From NCBI GenBank assembly GCA_963848135.1, contig CAWKCK010000003.1, forward strand, positions 992,001-1,056,000: 64,000 nt of DNA, in the 5' to 3' direction. The translations under genes and the position numbers were made by a program. The notes beneath the pieces were generated by a model. It saw nothing but the letters and a program-made list of their open reading frames with translations, was not told the origin of the DNA and did no database searches. Below, piece by piece: positions 1-9,498 of the stretch. This stretch comes from an uncultured delta proteobacterium (GTDB lineage Bacteria; Desulfobacterota; Desulfobacteria; Desulfobacterales; SG8-13). Positions within the stretch are counted from its first letter, which is position 1. Each line of letters starts with the position of its first letter.

Positions 1-781
1 AGGCCCGAATGATTTCAGGGGTGATCTTCGTAACGCCCTGGTTGAAACCATGCACCAGAGCGATGTCGCACATGATGTTGATTTGACGGGGAGAACCATT
101 CGAGAAAAGGTGGATTTCATGCAGCGCAGCGTCTAAAAAGATCTTTTTTTCAGCGCCGGCCACTTTTAACCGGTGAGATATATACGTCGCGGTTTCACTT
201 TCGGACAACAGCTCGAGATTGTAGCAAGTCGTTATCCTTTCACGCAGCGATCGGCGGTCCGGTTCCAGCAACAAGAGATTGAACTCATTTTGTCCGACCA
301 AAAATATGTTGAGTTGTTTTGTGTGGCGGTATTCAATGTTAGAGAGAAGTCGAATTTCTTCCAATATCGATGGCGTCATGATTTGAGCTTCATCGATGAT
401 GAGCAGGGCTTTTTTGTCTTGAGAATAGAGCGTTGCTAAAAAGTGGCTCATTTCTTCGGTGAAGGACTCTCGGTTGAGCACCTTTCGACCGATGCCGAAG
501 CTGTGGGCGACCAGAAAGAAAAACTCCTTTCGCTCCAATCCGGGGTCTGGCAGCTTGGCGACAACGACAGTCTTGCGATCGAGAAGACTGATAAGCGCGC
601 TTATCAGCATTGATTTGCCGCTGCCTATTTCACCGGTTAATAGCAGGAGCCCCTTGTTTTCCTGCACCCCGTATTGCAATAAGGCCAGTGCTTCCTTATG
701 TTTTCGGCCGAGCCACAGAAACCGGGGATCGGTGTTGAGCAGGAACGGTTTTTCCTTGAGTTGGAAATGGTCGAGGTACAT
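1..781 (-). CDS. ExeA/GspA-family AAA+ ATPase (3' end runs off the window)
   Basis: Not in the ORF track. Manual translation from ATG at 781 gives MYLDHFQLKEKPFLLNTDPRFLWLG..., with Walker A GEIGSGKS, Walker B LLIIDEAQ, LVGQ and GSPRQINIMCD, all typical of the ExeA N-terminal domain. Confidence 0.9.
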   Translation of the reverse strand, partial: MYLDHFQLKEKPFLLNTDPRFLWLGRKHKEALALLQYGVQENKGLLLLTGEIGSGKSMLISALISLLDRKTVVVAKLPDPGLERKEFFFLVAHSFGIGRKVLNRESFTEEMSHFLATLYSQDKKALLIIDEAQIMTPSILEEIRLLSNIEYRHTKQLNIFLVGQNEFNLLLLEPDRRSLRERITTCYNLELLSESETATYISHRLKVAGAEKKIFLDAALHEIHLFSNGSPRQINIMCDIALVHGFNQGVTKITPEIIRA

Positions 782-933
782 GCAAAATACTCCGGGCGGA
801 AATGATGCCGAAGCAGAAAAGAAATTTAGCCTACGGTTAATTCCCTGAAAAGGAGGCCGTTGGTTTCAGCTGGCCTATACCTGTGATTACATACAGCAGT
901 CATTTTTTCGCTGACTGAATGTGTGAATAGGTG

Positions 934-1974
934 TTATTCTGGTATCATTTCTTTGATGGCATCCAATACGGGGTTGATATTGCCCGAAGCCGGCCTGGAT
1001 GGTTTTCGTCTGGCAACGGCCAGATACTTTTTGACGCACTCGTATTGCTCCCATCCCTTGAGAGGGTAATTCAAATCGACGGACTTCCACTTCGGGTGTC
1101 CATTTTCCTTTAACCAGTCAAAGTTTTCATAGATGATTTTCGCCACACGGCCGACAGTGTCGCAATGATAACGTCTGAAATCATATGAGATCAGAACAGC
1201 TTTGACGGCTGCGGTGATTACGGCCATATCTTGCCAGGTGTAAGTGCCGGCCGGAATCTCAACCTGCGGGTAAAACTCAAGGATGCTTTTGTTAAGTATC
1301 GGAATCAACATCAAGTTATCTTCCGGTGCCACGTTTTCACTGAAGAGTTTTACCGGATAGCCGGCAACGTAAAACATGGCATCGATTGTACCCTCCTTGA
1401 GTTGGTCCAGAGCCTCGTCCGTACCAATGGTCACCATTTCTGCCGGTTCAAATCCAGCGACTTTGAATAGCAGTTTGGCTGTCAGGTAAGTCCCGCTTCC
1501 CTCTTTGCCGATGGCCACTTTTTTATCCGCCAAATAATCAAAGTCATTAATGTCTTTTTTGCCGAGCAAATGGATCTCTTCGTTGTAAAGTGGGAAAACC
1601 ATTTTGGTTTTTTGGGCGATTCGCTTCAACACCGGATTGGTTTGAACCTGTGATACAAAGGCGAGAACATCAGACTGTACGACTCCCAACTGGGTTTCCG
1701 GTTTCTGATAGACAGAATAGATGTTTTCTACCGAGCCGTTGGAGTTGTCGACGCGAAGTTCAAAGCCGTTAGTTTCGACCAGCTGTTGAATGTTTAAGCC
1801 GAACTGATAGTATGTTCCTTTGGGCCCGCCCGTCATAATTCCCATTTGAATGGGTTCGGCGCTTAGGGCCGAGCCGGAATTGAGACCGGTTGCCAACAGG
1901 ATGGTGATCAGAATGACTTTAACCGACGCGAGGTTCAATTTGATGATCCAGGTATTGCAGACGCCTTTACGCAT
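934..1974 (-). CDS. TAXI-family TRAP transporter solute-binding protein
   Basis: Motifs TGGPKGTYY, SNGSVENI, QSDV, PLYNEEIH, GKEGSGT and an N-terminal signal-like segment. Start set at ATG 1974 behind an AAGGGGG RBS (the ORF track extends to 2004). Confidence 0.88.
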   Translation of the reverse strand: MRKGVCNTWIIKLNLASVKVILITILLATGLNSGSALSAEPIQMGIMTGGPKGTYYQFGLNIQQLVETNGFELRVDNSNGSVENIYSVYQKPETQLGVVQSDVLAFVSQVQTNPVLKRIAQKTKMVFPLYNEEIHLLGKKDINDFDYLADKKVAIGKEGSGTYLTAKLLFKVAGFEPAEMVTIGTDEALDQLKEGTIDAMFYVAGYPVKLFSENVAPEDNLMLIPILNKSILEFYPQVEIPAGTYTWQDMAVITAAVKAVLISYDFRRYHCDTVGRVAKIIYENFDWLKENGHPKWKSVDLNYPLKGWEQYECVKKYLAVARRKPSRPASGNINPVLDAIKEMIPE

Positions 1975-2288
1975 GTCGCCCCCTTCCTCATAACATGATG
2001 TCATATGTGCTTTCGGTAACCTGACATTGAATATCGTTCAGGCACCTCCGGTATCTTCTCAGCCTTGAATTCACCAGTTGCCCTCACCCTGCATACGAAG
2101 GACCTTTTGGAAAACATGCAAATACCATACACGATCATCCGGTGGCGTTCGTTGAAAAAATGTAAATAATTAAGGAGAGTTATTGAGGTTTGGCTCCAAG
2201 TCGGTTGCTCAGAATGAAAATAATGTAACAATAATGTGAAAAATAGTTTACAGTTTCTTGGCGATAACCCCATACGGAGGAGGCGACA

Positions 2289-3125
2289 GTGAAGGTCAGA
2301 TTGACGATATTGAGCGAAAATTCGGTGGGTGTCCCCTTTGGTGTCATTGGTGAACACGGTTTTGCGTGCTACCTGGAGACCGAGAATGGTAATTACCTGT
2401 TCGATACGGGACAGGGGTATGCTATCGTGCAAAATTCACTGGCACTCAAAAAAGATCTCCGCAACATCGAAGCAGTAATGTTAAGCCATGGCCATTACGA
2501 CCACACGGGGGGGTTACCGGATGTCCTCAAAATCCGCGGATCGGTGAATGTGTATGGACATCCGGATATATTCATCGAACGGATATGGTCTTCGGAAGGG
2601 CGGACACGGTTCGTCGGCATACCCTTCAGCCGGCGGTATCTGGAATCCCTCGGGGCCACTTTTCGCTTGGGAACTGATATGGTCGCGGTGGGGGAGGGCC
2701 TATTTCTGAGTGGTGAGATACCACGGATCAACGCGTTCGAAAATGGGGATGCGAAAATGACTGCAGTTCTGCCCGGAGGAGAAAAGATCCACCCTGATCC
2801 TTTGAAGGACGATCTTTCCCTGATCGTTGATTCTGACTGCGGTTTGATCCTCGTACTTGGTTGCGCCCATGCGGGTATGATTAACATTATTGAGTACGCA
2901 CTCGCGCAGATGAATCGAGACCGGATCTATGCGATTGTAGGCGGAACCCACCTGGCATTTGCAACCGAAGAGCAGTTATCCGAGACCATGAGAGTTATCG
3001 ATTGCTACAATATCGAACGGATTGGCGTTTCCCATTGTACGGGGCAGTTACAGGCATCTCGGCTACAGGCCAAATTGAAAGAGCGGTTTTTCTTCGGAAG
3101 TGTCGGCTTTACCATGGATGCCTGA
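2289..3125 (+). CDS. MBL-fold metallo-hydrolase (COG1237-like)
   Basis: EHG, FDTG, HGHYDH metal motif, GCAHAG, GGTH, SHCTG. GGAGG RBS before the GTG start. Confidence 0.9.
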   Translation: MKVRLTILSENSVGVPFGVIGEHGFACYLETENGNYLFDTGQGYAIVQNSLALKKDLRNIEAVMLSHGHYDHTGGLPDVLKIRGSVNVYGHPDIFIERIWSSEGRTRFVGIPFSRRYLESLGATFRLGTDMVAVGEGLFLSGEIPRINAFENGDAKMTAVLPGGEKIHPDPLKDDLSLIVDSDCGLILVLGCAHAGMINIIEYALAQMNRDRIYAIVGGTHLAFATEEQLSETMRVIDCYNIERIGVSHCTGQLQASRLQAKLKERFFFGSVGFTMDA

Positions 3126-3126
3126 G

Positions 3127-5403
3127 CTATATGGTTCTCTCCACGACCGGGATGCGCAGATCCTGAGAGGGCATAAGTGAGGTAAGATCCACGTTGCTGT
3201 TGTACCTTCTGATGAGCCACAAGGGCAGGTCGAATTCTTCGCGGGACAGTGTCCAGATATTGTCCCCCTTCTTGATAGAATAAGATTGCACCGTGTCGAT
3301 GCGATAAGCTGCAAAAAAATCTTCCGCAAGTTCCTTATGATATTCGAACCGGGTTTCCTCGAATTCTTCCTTCGTCACGCGGCGCAGGGGAATTTTTAGT
3401 TTTTGACCCAAACGAATGGGTTGTCCGTATCGCAGATTGTTAAGCCGCCGAAGGTCACGCGCTCGCACCCCAGCCCATTCTGCATAGTGCCCGAGGGTTT
3501 CCTCTATCTCGACCAGAATGATTCCAACAGGATGATTTCGATACTGAACGACGTTCTCGACTGTAAAACGTCCGATGACCATATCGGGGTCTGATTCCCG
3601 GCCTGTCAACGGTGTCAATTCTTGCCCTGCCACTGTGACTGTTGCCTGTAATACTGGAGGAACATATCGACCCGCGGTTGTCACAACTACGCCCGACACC
3701 GGCTGCGGGTCCATTTCGGTGGCTACCATTTTGCCCGATTCCAAATCAGACGCCAAAGTCTGCACAGCGCCAGTGGTTATCGATGCCTGAATAAGATTTG
3801 CAACATCCTCTTTCCTGTCGGCGGTCGCATTTTCGGAGTCCGCAAGGCCAATTGCGGGCTTAACGGGAACCGTTGGTTCAGTTTCAATGGCGTCAATTGG
3901 CGGTGCACTAAGCTGTGGTTTTATTTCCGGAATCCTTTGCGGTTCAGGTGCCGGTTTCGGCTCAGATTTGAATGGTGGTTTTTCAGTCGGGCCTGTTTTC
4001 GCCAACACAATCTGATCTTTTTGGTCTATCCGGGGTGAATTGAGGCTGGCGATTATTTGCGTCTTGTCTTCCGGTACGGGTATGCGCAGGTTCTGACCGA
4101 CATAGATCCTTGCCCTGGTATCGAGATTGTTGAATACGATCAAATCTTGGAGTCTGACACCATGCAAGCGTGCTATTTTGCCGGCGGTGTCTCCACGATC
4201 CACCTGGTAAAGGCGAGAGTGCTTCTGATCAGGTTTGTAGATATCTTCAGAGACTGTGGCCATCAGACCCTTCCAATCGCGGTGCTCATCTGCCGGCAGA
4301 TGCAGTCGATAACCCTTGGGCGCATATTTTTGGCCGGTGAAAACCGGTTGCCGCAAGGCAGGATTGAGCCGGTGCAACGTGTCGAGATCAAGATCCAGCT
4401 GCTGTGCAAGTTGGGGGATCGACGTGTAACCGGGTAACGTGACTTCGGTAGTTTTCGTGGGCGAATGCAGCGCCAACGCGCCGAAATAGTCTTGGTAATT
4501 GATCGCCACTTCCCGGGCCGCCAAAAATTCGGAGTAGAAATTCCTGGAGGCAAACTTGAATGTGCGGCTTTTATGTTTTTTGAAAACCGCCTCATAGTTG
4601 CCGTGCTTGTTCTGGGCCCTCAGCATGCCGGAGAGGCCGTGATTGTAAGCCGTCATGGCCAAGGGCCAACTCTTGAGCTTATCATAATTATATTTCAGCA
4701 GTCTGGCGGCAGCGTGAGTCGCGCGTATGGGGTCCCGGCGCTCGTCGATGGTGTAATTGATGGTCATGTACTGCCGACCGGTTGATCTTGTAAACTGCCA
4801 GGCACCGGCAGCGCCAAACTTGCTGTACGCAGCAGAGTTAAAGGATGATTCCACGTGGGGCAAATACGCGAGGTCTTCGGGCAGGTCGTGGTACCGGAAT
4901 ATTTTTCTCATCTCTTCCAGATAGGCGCCGGAACGGATGATTCCCATACGAAAGCGATCTTTCTGACCAACCTGACACCGGATTCGATGCGTGGCCTTCT
5001 GAAAATCGGCCCGTTTTGCATCTGGTCCGAACATTTCAGCTATGCGGCGCTCTTCCGGATTCGACGCCCTGGCCGCCTCTGTCTGCCCGAGCTTCTGAAG
5101 AATTAATCGGTATTTCGATTTGGCCGCCTTTATTCGGTTCCGGTTAATCTTACGACCGCTGGGTTGATCCGGATCTTTTAGGTCGATAACACTATAGATA
5201 ATGTTCAAGTTCCTGCTGTCGTGGATAACACCCTTGCGGGAAGAAAATTCGGAATAAATCTTTTTCCAAAAATTAATATTGGGTTGAATGCTTTCAGAGG
5301 CGGGGAAAGGGTCGGATTGGGCGCCGAGACGGCTGCAGAGTTCCGGGTGCCAGGGCAGAACAACCACCGACAAAAACAGTATGATAAATTTCAACCGGAT
5401 CAT
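3127..5403 (-). CDS. MltD-like lytic transglycosylase with LysM domains
   Basis: Signal peptide; SLT motifs HVESSF (catalytic Glu), AAGAWQF and TAYNHG; LysM repeats (YQVDRGDT..., YSIKKGDNIW...); Pro-rich linker. Start uncertain (5403 or 5418). Confidence 0.9.
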   Translation of the reverse strand: MIRLKFIILFLSVVVLPWHPELCSRLGAQSDPFPASESIQPNINFWKKIYSEFSSRKGVIHDSRNLNIIYSVIDLKDPDQPSGRKINRNRIKAAKSKYRLILQKLGQTEAARASNPEERRIAEMFGPDAKRADFQKATHRIRCQVGQKDRFRMGIIRSGAYLEEMRKIFRYHDLPEDLAYLPHVESSFNSAAYSKFGAAGAWQFTRSTGRQYMTINYTIDERRDPIRATHAAARLLKYNYDKLKSWPLAMTAYNHGLSGMLRAQNKHGNYEAVFKKHKSRTFKFASRNFYSEFLAAREVAINYQDYFGALALHSPTKTTEVTLPGYTSIPQLAQQLDLDLDTLHRLNPALRQPVFTGQKYAPKGYRLHLPADEHRDWKGLMATVSEDIYKPDQKHSRLYQVDRGDTAGKIARLHGVRLQDLIVFNNLDTRARIYVGQNLRIPVPEDKTQIIASLNSPRIDQKDQIVLAKTGPTEKPPFKSEPKPAPEPQRIPEIKPQLSAPPIDAIETEPTVPVKPAIGLADSENATADRKEDVANLIQASITTGAVQTLASDLESGKMVATEMDPQPVSGVVVTTAGRYVPPVLQATVTVAGQELTPLTGRESDPDMVIGRFTVENVVQYRNHPVGIILVEIEETLGHYAEWAGVRARDLRRLNNLRYGQPIRLGQKLKIPLRRVTKEEFEETRFEYHKELAEDFFAAYRIDTVQSYSIKKGDNIWTLSREEFDLPLWLIRRYNSNVDLTSLMPSQDLRIPVVERTI

Positions 5404-5800
5404 CTTTTTCTCTTTCAAATTCGGAATTTATTTTGAAAAGCTGTTGCAGGTAACAACCGGCGAGAATGCGTTGCAAACTTCCAAATTTTGCAAAAACTGG
5501 ACCAGGCACGGAAATTATTATTTCTTATAAAATTCAAATTCTTATAAAATAGACCCTTCACTGTCATTGCCAAAATTGCCGTAAATTGTCAATTCCCTAA
5601 CAAACTTTGTATAATCGTGGATGGAAACGAAATCGGAAAAAAGTGCGGGAGGACCTACCGATTGTCGGGCCGACAATTTTTAACGAGCGGTAATTCATTC
5701 CCCCCGGTTCAATGCGGGGGCTTACCGGATGAGCGACCCGGATGGTTCCTGCGGTGGTTTTGACACTCCCGTATTTGAATCTAAACTTATACAGTAATAC

Positions 5801-5851
5801 ATTTATACCGCTTTTCAAAAATACATTCCGAAATACGCAAGGATGGTATAA
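5801..5851. repeat. Short intergenic element with TTATACC...GGTATAA ends; copy 1 of a motif also found at 63814
   Basis: ATTTATACCGCTTTTCAAAAATACATTCCGAAATA matches 63814-63848 at 32 of 35 positions. Confidence 0.7.
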
Positions 5852-5904
5852 GTGGTTCTATAAAAAAAGAGTGCGTGCATATATTCCAATAAAAAGGGGG
5901 ACAC

Positions 5905-6327
5905 ATGAACAATTTAAAGGAGAAAATACTGGCCAAAATGACGGAATTGACGCTGGCCTCATTTGCAACCATCACCGAGGATAACAAACCCTGGAGTCGA
6001 TATATCGTCGTCAAAGCCGATGCAAATATGGACATCTGGTTTGCGACCTTCAATAAGTCGCGTAAGATCAAACAGATCGCTCGCAACCCAGAAGTTCATA
6101 TCACCCTTGGCGTAACCGAACCGCAGTCGGCCGTATCGTGGCTCCAGATCCAAGGCCGTGCCGAGATCTTGGAGGACACCGAGACAAAAAAAGCGATGTG
6201 GTACGATATGCTCGAGCCGATTTTTTCGGGGCCCGATGATCCGAATTACGTGGTTTGCAAAGTAAGGCCATATCGCATAGAGTATTATTCGATGAACAAG
6301 CGCGAACCTGATGTGTGGCAGGCCTGA
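5905..6327 (+). CDS. Pyridoxamine 5'-phosphate oxidase-like FMN-binding protein (general stress protein 26-like)
   Basis: LASFAT...KPWSRY, IWFATFNKSRKIKQIARNPEV, GPDDPNY. AAGGGGG RBS. Confidence 0.88.
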   Translation: MNNLKEKILAKMTELTLASFATITEDNKPWSRYIVVKADANMDIWFATFNKSRKIKQIARNPEVHITLGVTEPQSAVSWLQIQGRAEILEDTETKKAMWYDMLEPIFSGPDDPNYVVCKVRPYRIEYYSMNKREPDVWQA

Positions 6328-6508
6328 GGCCTTCAATAGACTATCGGTTAACGGACGAAGGATCTTCTTCTTGGCCTTACCCAGCGTTATTATCCCGAAT
6401 CGGGCGATATAAAATGATGGGGCCGTAGGCCGTCACGGGCACCAATCGGTGGCGCGACACCGGAAAGGCTCGGATTGACGGGCATAGCGCGTGGAAAGGG
6501 GGGCGATA

Positions 6509-7006
6509 TTATTTATATAGTTTCTGTATGCAGGTTTCAAAAATTCTGACGATGTTAAAAAGTGAAATCCTAAGGGACCAGTCATGGTCCGGGTACTCTG
6601 GAAATTTCGGGATTGCGTATTTATTCTTGTTTTGAGCCAGCGCCCGAAATCCGAATTCACCGATATTCCACATCAGTGTTCCATAACTCGCTGAATTCAA
6701 ATCACAGGCCCAAACGGTGCGTTTGTCAGTAGCCAGAAGGTTTTTGTAGTCTTCGGAAAATATCGGCCGCTTGCCAGGACTGGCCGGATCGCCCAATTCG
6801 TCGCAACAGTATGCCAGGGCTATTCCGTACACGGCGCCGTGCATCCGTAATTGCCAGACGGCGTCTATGTCAGAACGCGGCAACGGGTAGTCCCCGGTTT
6901 CGAGACTGATCAAAGTTGATAATGCGCCGAATTCACCCACATAACGCAACAGCAGGGTGAGGGAATCTTCATCGATTGTTTGGGACCATTTTGTTAATTT
7001 GGACAT
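6509..7006 (-). CDS. Hypothetical protein downstream of a c-di-GMP-I riboswitch
   Basis: 165-aa ORF with an AAGGGAG RBS before ATG 7006. No recognisable family. Confidence 0.6.
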   Translation of the reverse strand: MSKLTKWSQTIDEDSLTLLLRYVGEFGALSTLISLETGDYPLPRSDIDAVWQLRMHGAVYGIALAYCCDELGDPASPGKRPIFSEDYKNLLATDKRTVWACDLNSASYGTLMWNIGEFGFRALAQNKNKYAIPKFPEYPDHDWSLRISLFNIVRIFETCIQKLYK

Positions 7007-7133
7007 CAAGCTCCCTTATCTACGGGCCGGATGGATCAAGTATTAGACCGATATTCGGGGCGGGAGGGTGGTATTCGGTCTAACACAGGAACTGATCAAC
7101 CGGCTTTTTCAATATCTTCGGTGCTTGGGTGAT

Positions 7134-7170
7134 AAAAAAACCGAGCCCCCTTTTCTTCAGGCAACCCGGC
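7134..7170 (-). terminator. Intrinsic terminator in the riboswitch expression platform
   Basis: Minus strand GCCGGGUUGCC...GGGGGCUCGG followed by U7. Confidence 0.65.
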
Positions 7171-7179
7171 GCGCGTTTG

Positions 7180-7258
7180 CTATCCGGCAACCCGGCGGTC
7201 TCTGTAAGATCCGTGGCTTTCCGTCCCTGCCTCACGGCAGGTTTGGCCTTTTACGAGC
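7180..7258 (-). ncRNA. Cyclic di-GMP-I (GEMM-I) riboswitch aptamer
   Basis: Minus strand AAAAGGCCAAACCUGCCGUGAGGCAGGGACGGAAAGCCACGGAUCUUACAGAGACCGCCGGGUUGCCGGA. It has the AAAC, the P2 hairpin with a GUGA (GNRA) loop, GACGGAAAG and the P3/GGGUUGCC hallmarks. Confidence 0.9.
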
Positions 7259-7520
7259 ATCGAAAAATGTGACAAAAAGTATACGCTGCCGGGAGCTTTT
7301 TGTCAAATCCGATGAGTCATCAGAAAGGAGAACACGCAATGGACTCAAGGGGGTTTGTTTCCTCTGACCGCGCTTATTGGAGTGCGCCTTCCTTGCGGGA
7401 ATTATAAACATCCGTCGACGCTGGGTGTACCATTGCTTATCGATGACGATCAAAATTCATGCATTCATCGAATAGTATCGTGCTGAGCGCGATCTGCGAA
7501 GCATCCCTGCCTTGTTTCTA

Positions 7521-9089
7521 TTACCGAATTTCCAACTGGTCTTTAAGGGTATTTTTTACTTCTGCAATGGATATTTCCTGTCGGTGAAATATCCCGGCAG
7601 CCAGCGCCGATTCAGCTTGGGTTTCCGTGAAGACCTGGTAGAAATGTTCGGCGCAGCCAGCACCGCTTGACGCAATGACCGGAATAGATATCGAATTCTT
7701 GACCGTATTGATCAATTCGATATCGAAACCCAGATTGGTTCCATCACGGTCAATACAGTTCAGCAGAATCTCCCCGGCGCCCAATTTTTCGCATATGCTT
7801 GCCAGGGTTACAGCATCGATGTCACGCCCCTCGCGGCCGCCGTTGATGGTGCACTGGTACCAGCAGAACCGTTCCCCTTTCGGCCCCGGCGTGGCCGGTT
7901 CGATAACCGTGTGATTGGTCTCTTCCGGAGACTGAATGTAAACCCTCCGGGGATCTATTGAAATGACCACGGCCTGATTCCCATATACGCGAGCGATGTC
8001 TTCAATGGCGCTCTTCCCGGGTTTCTGTCCGTTTTTCAGGTAGTCCTCCGCGATCATTACCGCGTCGCTCCCGATGGATACCTTGTCAGCACCCGAGCGG
8101 AAATACTCTGCGGCGACTTCGAGGGCGGTGTATTGGCGACCGTTGGTGTCTGTATAATTCCTTATCCCTCCACCGATGGTCAGGGGGACGAAGACATTGC
8201 GTGAGGTTTGTTGCAGAACCTCGAGCATTGGCATGTCCTCTAGGGGGAAGTCCCTGAATCCAGTGATGTTTAGAAAGGTAATTTCGTCAGCCCCTTCTTC
8301 GTAATAGCGTCTGGCCAGGTCGACTGGCTTTCCCAAATTGCGGACGGCACCATTTTCCCTCACGTCGTACTGATCGCCTTTGGTGACTACGAGATCACCT
8401 TGGTCGTTCGAGCGGACATCGAGGCAGGCAATGATTCTTTTGGCCAAACGCGTACGGCCGGTTGAATGGATGTTTAACTCGGTGGCCTTTGTGCCTTCCA
8501 AGAAGTTTTTCAGGATAATGAGGCCATTCCGACCGCTTTTTTCCGGATGAAACTGGGAGGCAATGACGTTTTCCTTCTGAATACTACTGACGAATCTGTA
8601 ACCATAGTCGGTTGTTGTCAGTACGACCGAATCGTCCTTGGGAACAACGTGGTAAGAGTGGACAAAGTAGAATTTTTCATTACCGTTCAGCCCGTAGAAG
8701 AGCCGTGACGGTTGTTTAATGTTAACGCCGTTCCATCCGATGTGCGGCACCGACAGATCCACGTCGAATCTCACCACCGAGCCCGGAATAATTCCCAGGC
8801 CTTTGATACCGGGGGCTTCCTCGCTGGTTTCGAACAGGGCCTGGAGTCCCAGACAAATACCGAGAAACGGTCGATTCGATCCAATATAGGATATAAGGGG
8901 GGCGATGAAGCCCTTTTGGTTTAGGATCTTCATCATATTGCCGAAAGCACCCACTCCTGGAAAAACCAGCTTTTCAGCGGCCAGTATGTCCTCACCCGTC
9001 GCCACGATTTTGACCGTTTCACCCAAACTTTCGATGGCATTGACGACGCTGCGGACGTTTCCGGCGCCGTAATCAAGGAGCGTTATCAT
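7521..9089 (-). CDS. hisHF: Fused imidazole glycerol phosphate synthase HisH-HisF (eukaryote-type His7/HISN4-like)
   Basis: GATase domain (DYGAGN, PGVG, GICLG, YFVHSY, QFHPEKSG) fused to the cyclase (RIIACLDVR, GGGIR, GADKVSIGS, DRDGT, ASSGAG). Confidence 0.95.
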   Translation of the reverse strand: MITLLDYGAGNVRSVVNAIESLGETVKIVATGEDILAAEKLVFPGVGAFGNMMKILNQKGFIAPLISYIGSNRPFLGICLGLQALFETSEEAPGIKGLGIIPGSVVRFDVDLSVPHIGWNGVNIKQPSRLFYGLNGNEKFYFVHSYHVVPKDDSVVLTTTDYGYRFVSSIQKENVIASQFHPEKSGRNGLIILKNFLEGTKATELNIHSTGRTRLAKRIIACLDVRSNDQGDLVVTKGDQYDVRENGAVRNLGKPVDLARRYYEEGADEITFLNITGFRDFPLEDMPMLEVLQQTSRNVFVPLTIGGGIRNYTDTNGRQYTALEVAAEYFRSGADKVSIGSDAVMIAEDYLKNGQKPGKSAIEDIARVYGNQAVVISIDPRRVYIQSPEETNHTVIEPATPGPKGERFCWYQCTINGGREGRDIDAVTLASICEKLGAGEILLNCIDRDGTNLGFDIELINTVKNSISIPVIASSGAGCAEHFYQVFTETQAESALAAGIFHRQEISIAEVKNTLKDQLEIR

Positions 9090-9498
9090 ATATTATCTCC
9101 TGACGGATTGTAATATTTCCCGAATATGTCATGATTGAAACGTCGACCGAATATTTCATGAGCATTTTGAGCAGAGCAGAAAAGAGCAGAAAATTAAGCG
9201 CGTTTTGATATGAAATTCCCTTACATCGCAGCGTGCGCTTTGGTCCTATATTTGATTTAAGAATATGGGGAATTGATCGTAATTTATTCAGGGTAGCCAC
9301 AATTAACATCCGGGCAGCTAAAGATCAATAGCCAAGGCGCGCGGGGCCGGTGCTACGGGATTTATGCTATGAGAAAAACATACCTAAAGTGAGCGTTTCA
9401 AATTTTAAATAGAGGGGGAACGGCTTTATTTATTATGAATTGGGCACGAGTTAATATTTCTCGAGGGACGATAACATCCTCTCATCTGGAGATTCATA

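Noticed and set aside
1445..1455. tRNA T-loop-like GGTTCAAATCC
   Set aside because: It lies inside the TAXI CDS with no cloverleaf around it.
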